A stretch of 13,519 bases of DNA from Candidatus Undinarchaeota archaeon (GTDB taxonomy: Archaea; SpSt-1190). A program made the position numbers and the translations under genes. The first letter of the stretch is position 1, and every line of letters begins with the position of its first letter. This document shows, piece after piece, positions 13,266 to 13,519 of the stretch. The stretch is from the NCBI GenBank assembly GCA_964449215.1, contig CAYVAH010000022.1:1-13519 (forward strand). The letters are read 5' to 3'. Below the pieces are notes generated by a model. It made no database searches, was not told where the DNA came from, and saw only the letters and a list, made by a program, of their open reading frames with translations.

Positions 13266-13519
13266 ATGCAGGACCTAAAAGGAAAGATAAAGGTGGCGGC
13301 TGCTGCGATGGCCGGGAGCCTCATGTTTGGGGCTACAATGGCCGGAGCATTGGCTGCAGACCTTGGACAGCTACCTGCCCCGTTTGTTGTGAATAACAAC
13401 ATGGCGGGACAGATAGTGGTTGGTGCGAACGCGGCTGTGCCGGACGTTATCGCGGCGGCTCAGCTGGCAGCGGCTTTCGGTGAATACCTGGTGAGTGCAA
13501 GTGCTGGCGCAGGTGCTAC
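13266..13519 (+). CDS. S-layer protein, N-terminal fragment (signal peptide plus start of the mature protein). Runs off the 3' end of the window
   Basis: GGTGA SD 9 nt upstream. The signal peptide is MQDLKGKIKVAAAAMAGSLMFGATMAGALA, with cleavage before ADLGQLP. The mature N-terminus ...FVVNNNMAGQIVVGANAAVPDVIAAAQLAAAFG resembles the Methanococcales/Thermococcales S-layer N-terminal domain (VVGA.A...DVV.AA.IAAK). The frame stays open to the window end. Confidence 0.6.
   Translation, partial: MQDLKGKIKVAAAAMAGSLMFGATMAGALAADLGQLPAPFVVNNNMAGQIVVGANAAVPDVIAAAQLAAAFGEYLVSASAGAGA

Noticed and set aside
1-13519. Searched for tRNA genes, CRISPR repeats, IS/transposase or integrase genes, inteins
   Set aside because: No T-loop/acceptor-like tRNA structure in the short intergenic regions. 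No regularly spaced repeats. No transposase or integrase ORFs. The synthetase and gatE lengths are normal, so there is no intein-sized insertion.

Overview
The window reads as a dense, mostly housekeeping stretch of an archaeal chromosome. TBP, RpoP, L37ae, Pcc1, prefoldin beta, GatE and a eukaryote/archaeal-type TrpRS mark it as archaeal. A Methanococcales/Thermococcales-type S-layer protein N-terminus suggests a Thermococcales-like euryarchaeon. Coding density is about 90 percent, with 23 supportable CDSs and no rRNA, tRNA, CRISPR or IS element.

Gene order:
- 5'-truncated unknown protein
- FNR-like flavoprotein (minus strand), divergent from a HAD hydrolase
- two small unknowns
- stomatin/SPFH (minus), divergent from gatE
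- a translationally coupled chain: 2-TM miniprotein, rpl37ae, rpoP, pcc1, pfdB, UPF0147 (part of the classic archaeal exosome/KEOPS 'superoperon')
- SepF-like protein
- TBP
- unknown 115-aa Cys-containing protein (minus)
- trpS (minus), divergent from a bacterial-type aspS
- RNase Z, then type I signal peptidase
- convergent vapBC toxin-antitoxin pair (minus)
- about 300 bp of AT-rich leader feeding the 5' end of an S-layer gene that runs off the window.

Main findings:
- The ORF track misses rpoP (46 aa).
- pcc1 probably starts at a TTG that overlaps the rpoP stop codon.
- Most genes appear leaderless, with an A/T-rich box centred about 25 bp upstream of GTG/ATG starts. Several starts in the ORF track therefore look over-extended (gatE, rpl37ae, possibly trpS and the 115-aa ORF).
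- The aspS is bacterial-type (575 aa, large insertion domain) in an otherwise archaeal neighbourhood.
- The TrpRS carries a C-terminal four-Cys cluster.
- The S-layer leader carries 10-bp-phased direct repeats and a strand-specific hairpin with G-U wobbles.

I did not recognise a complete novel multi-gene system such as a defence island. The most open questions are the unknown 115-aa protein with its own promoter, the coupled 2-TM miniprotein, and the structured S-layer leader.
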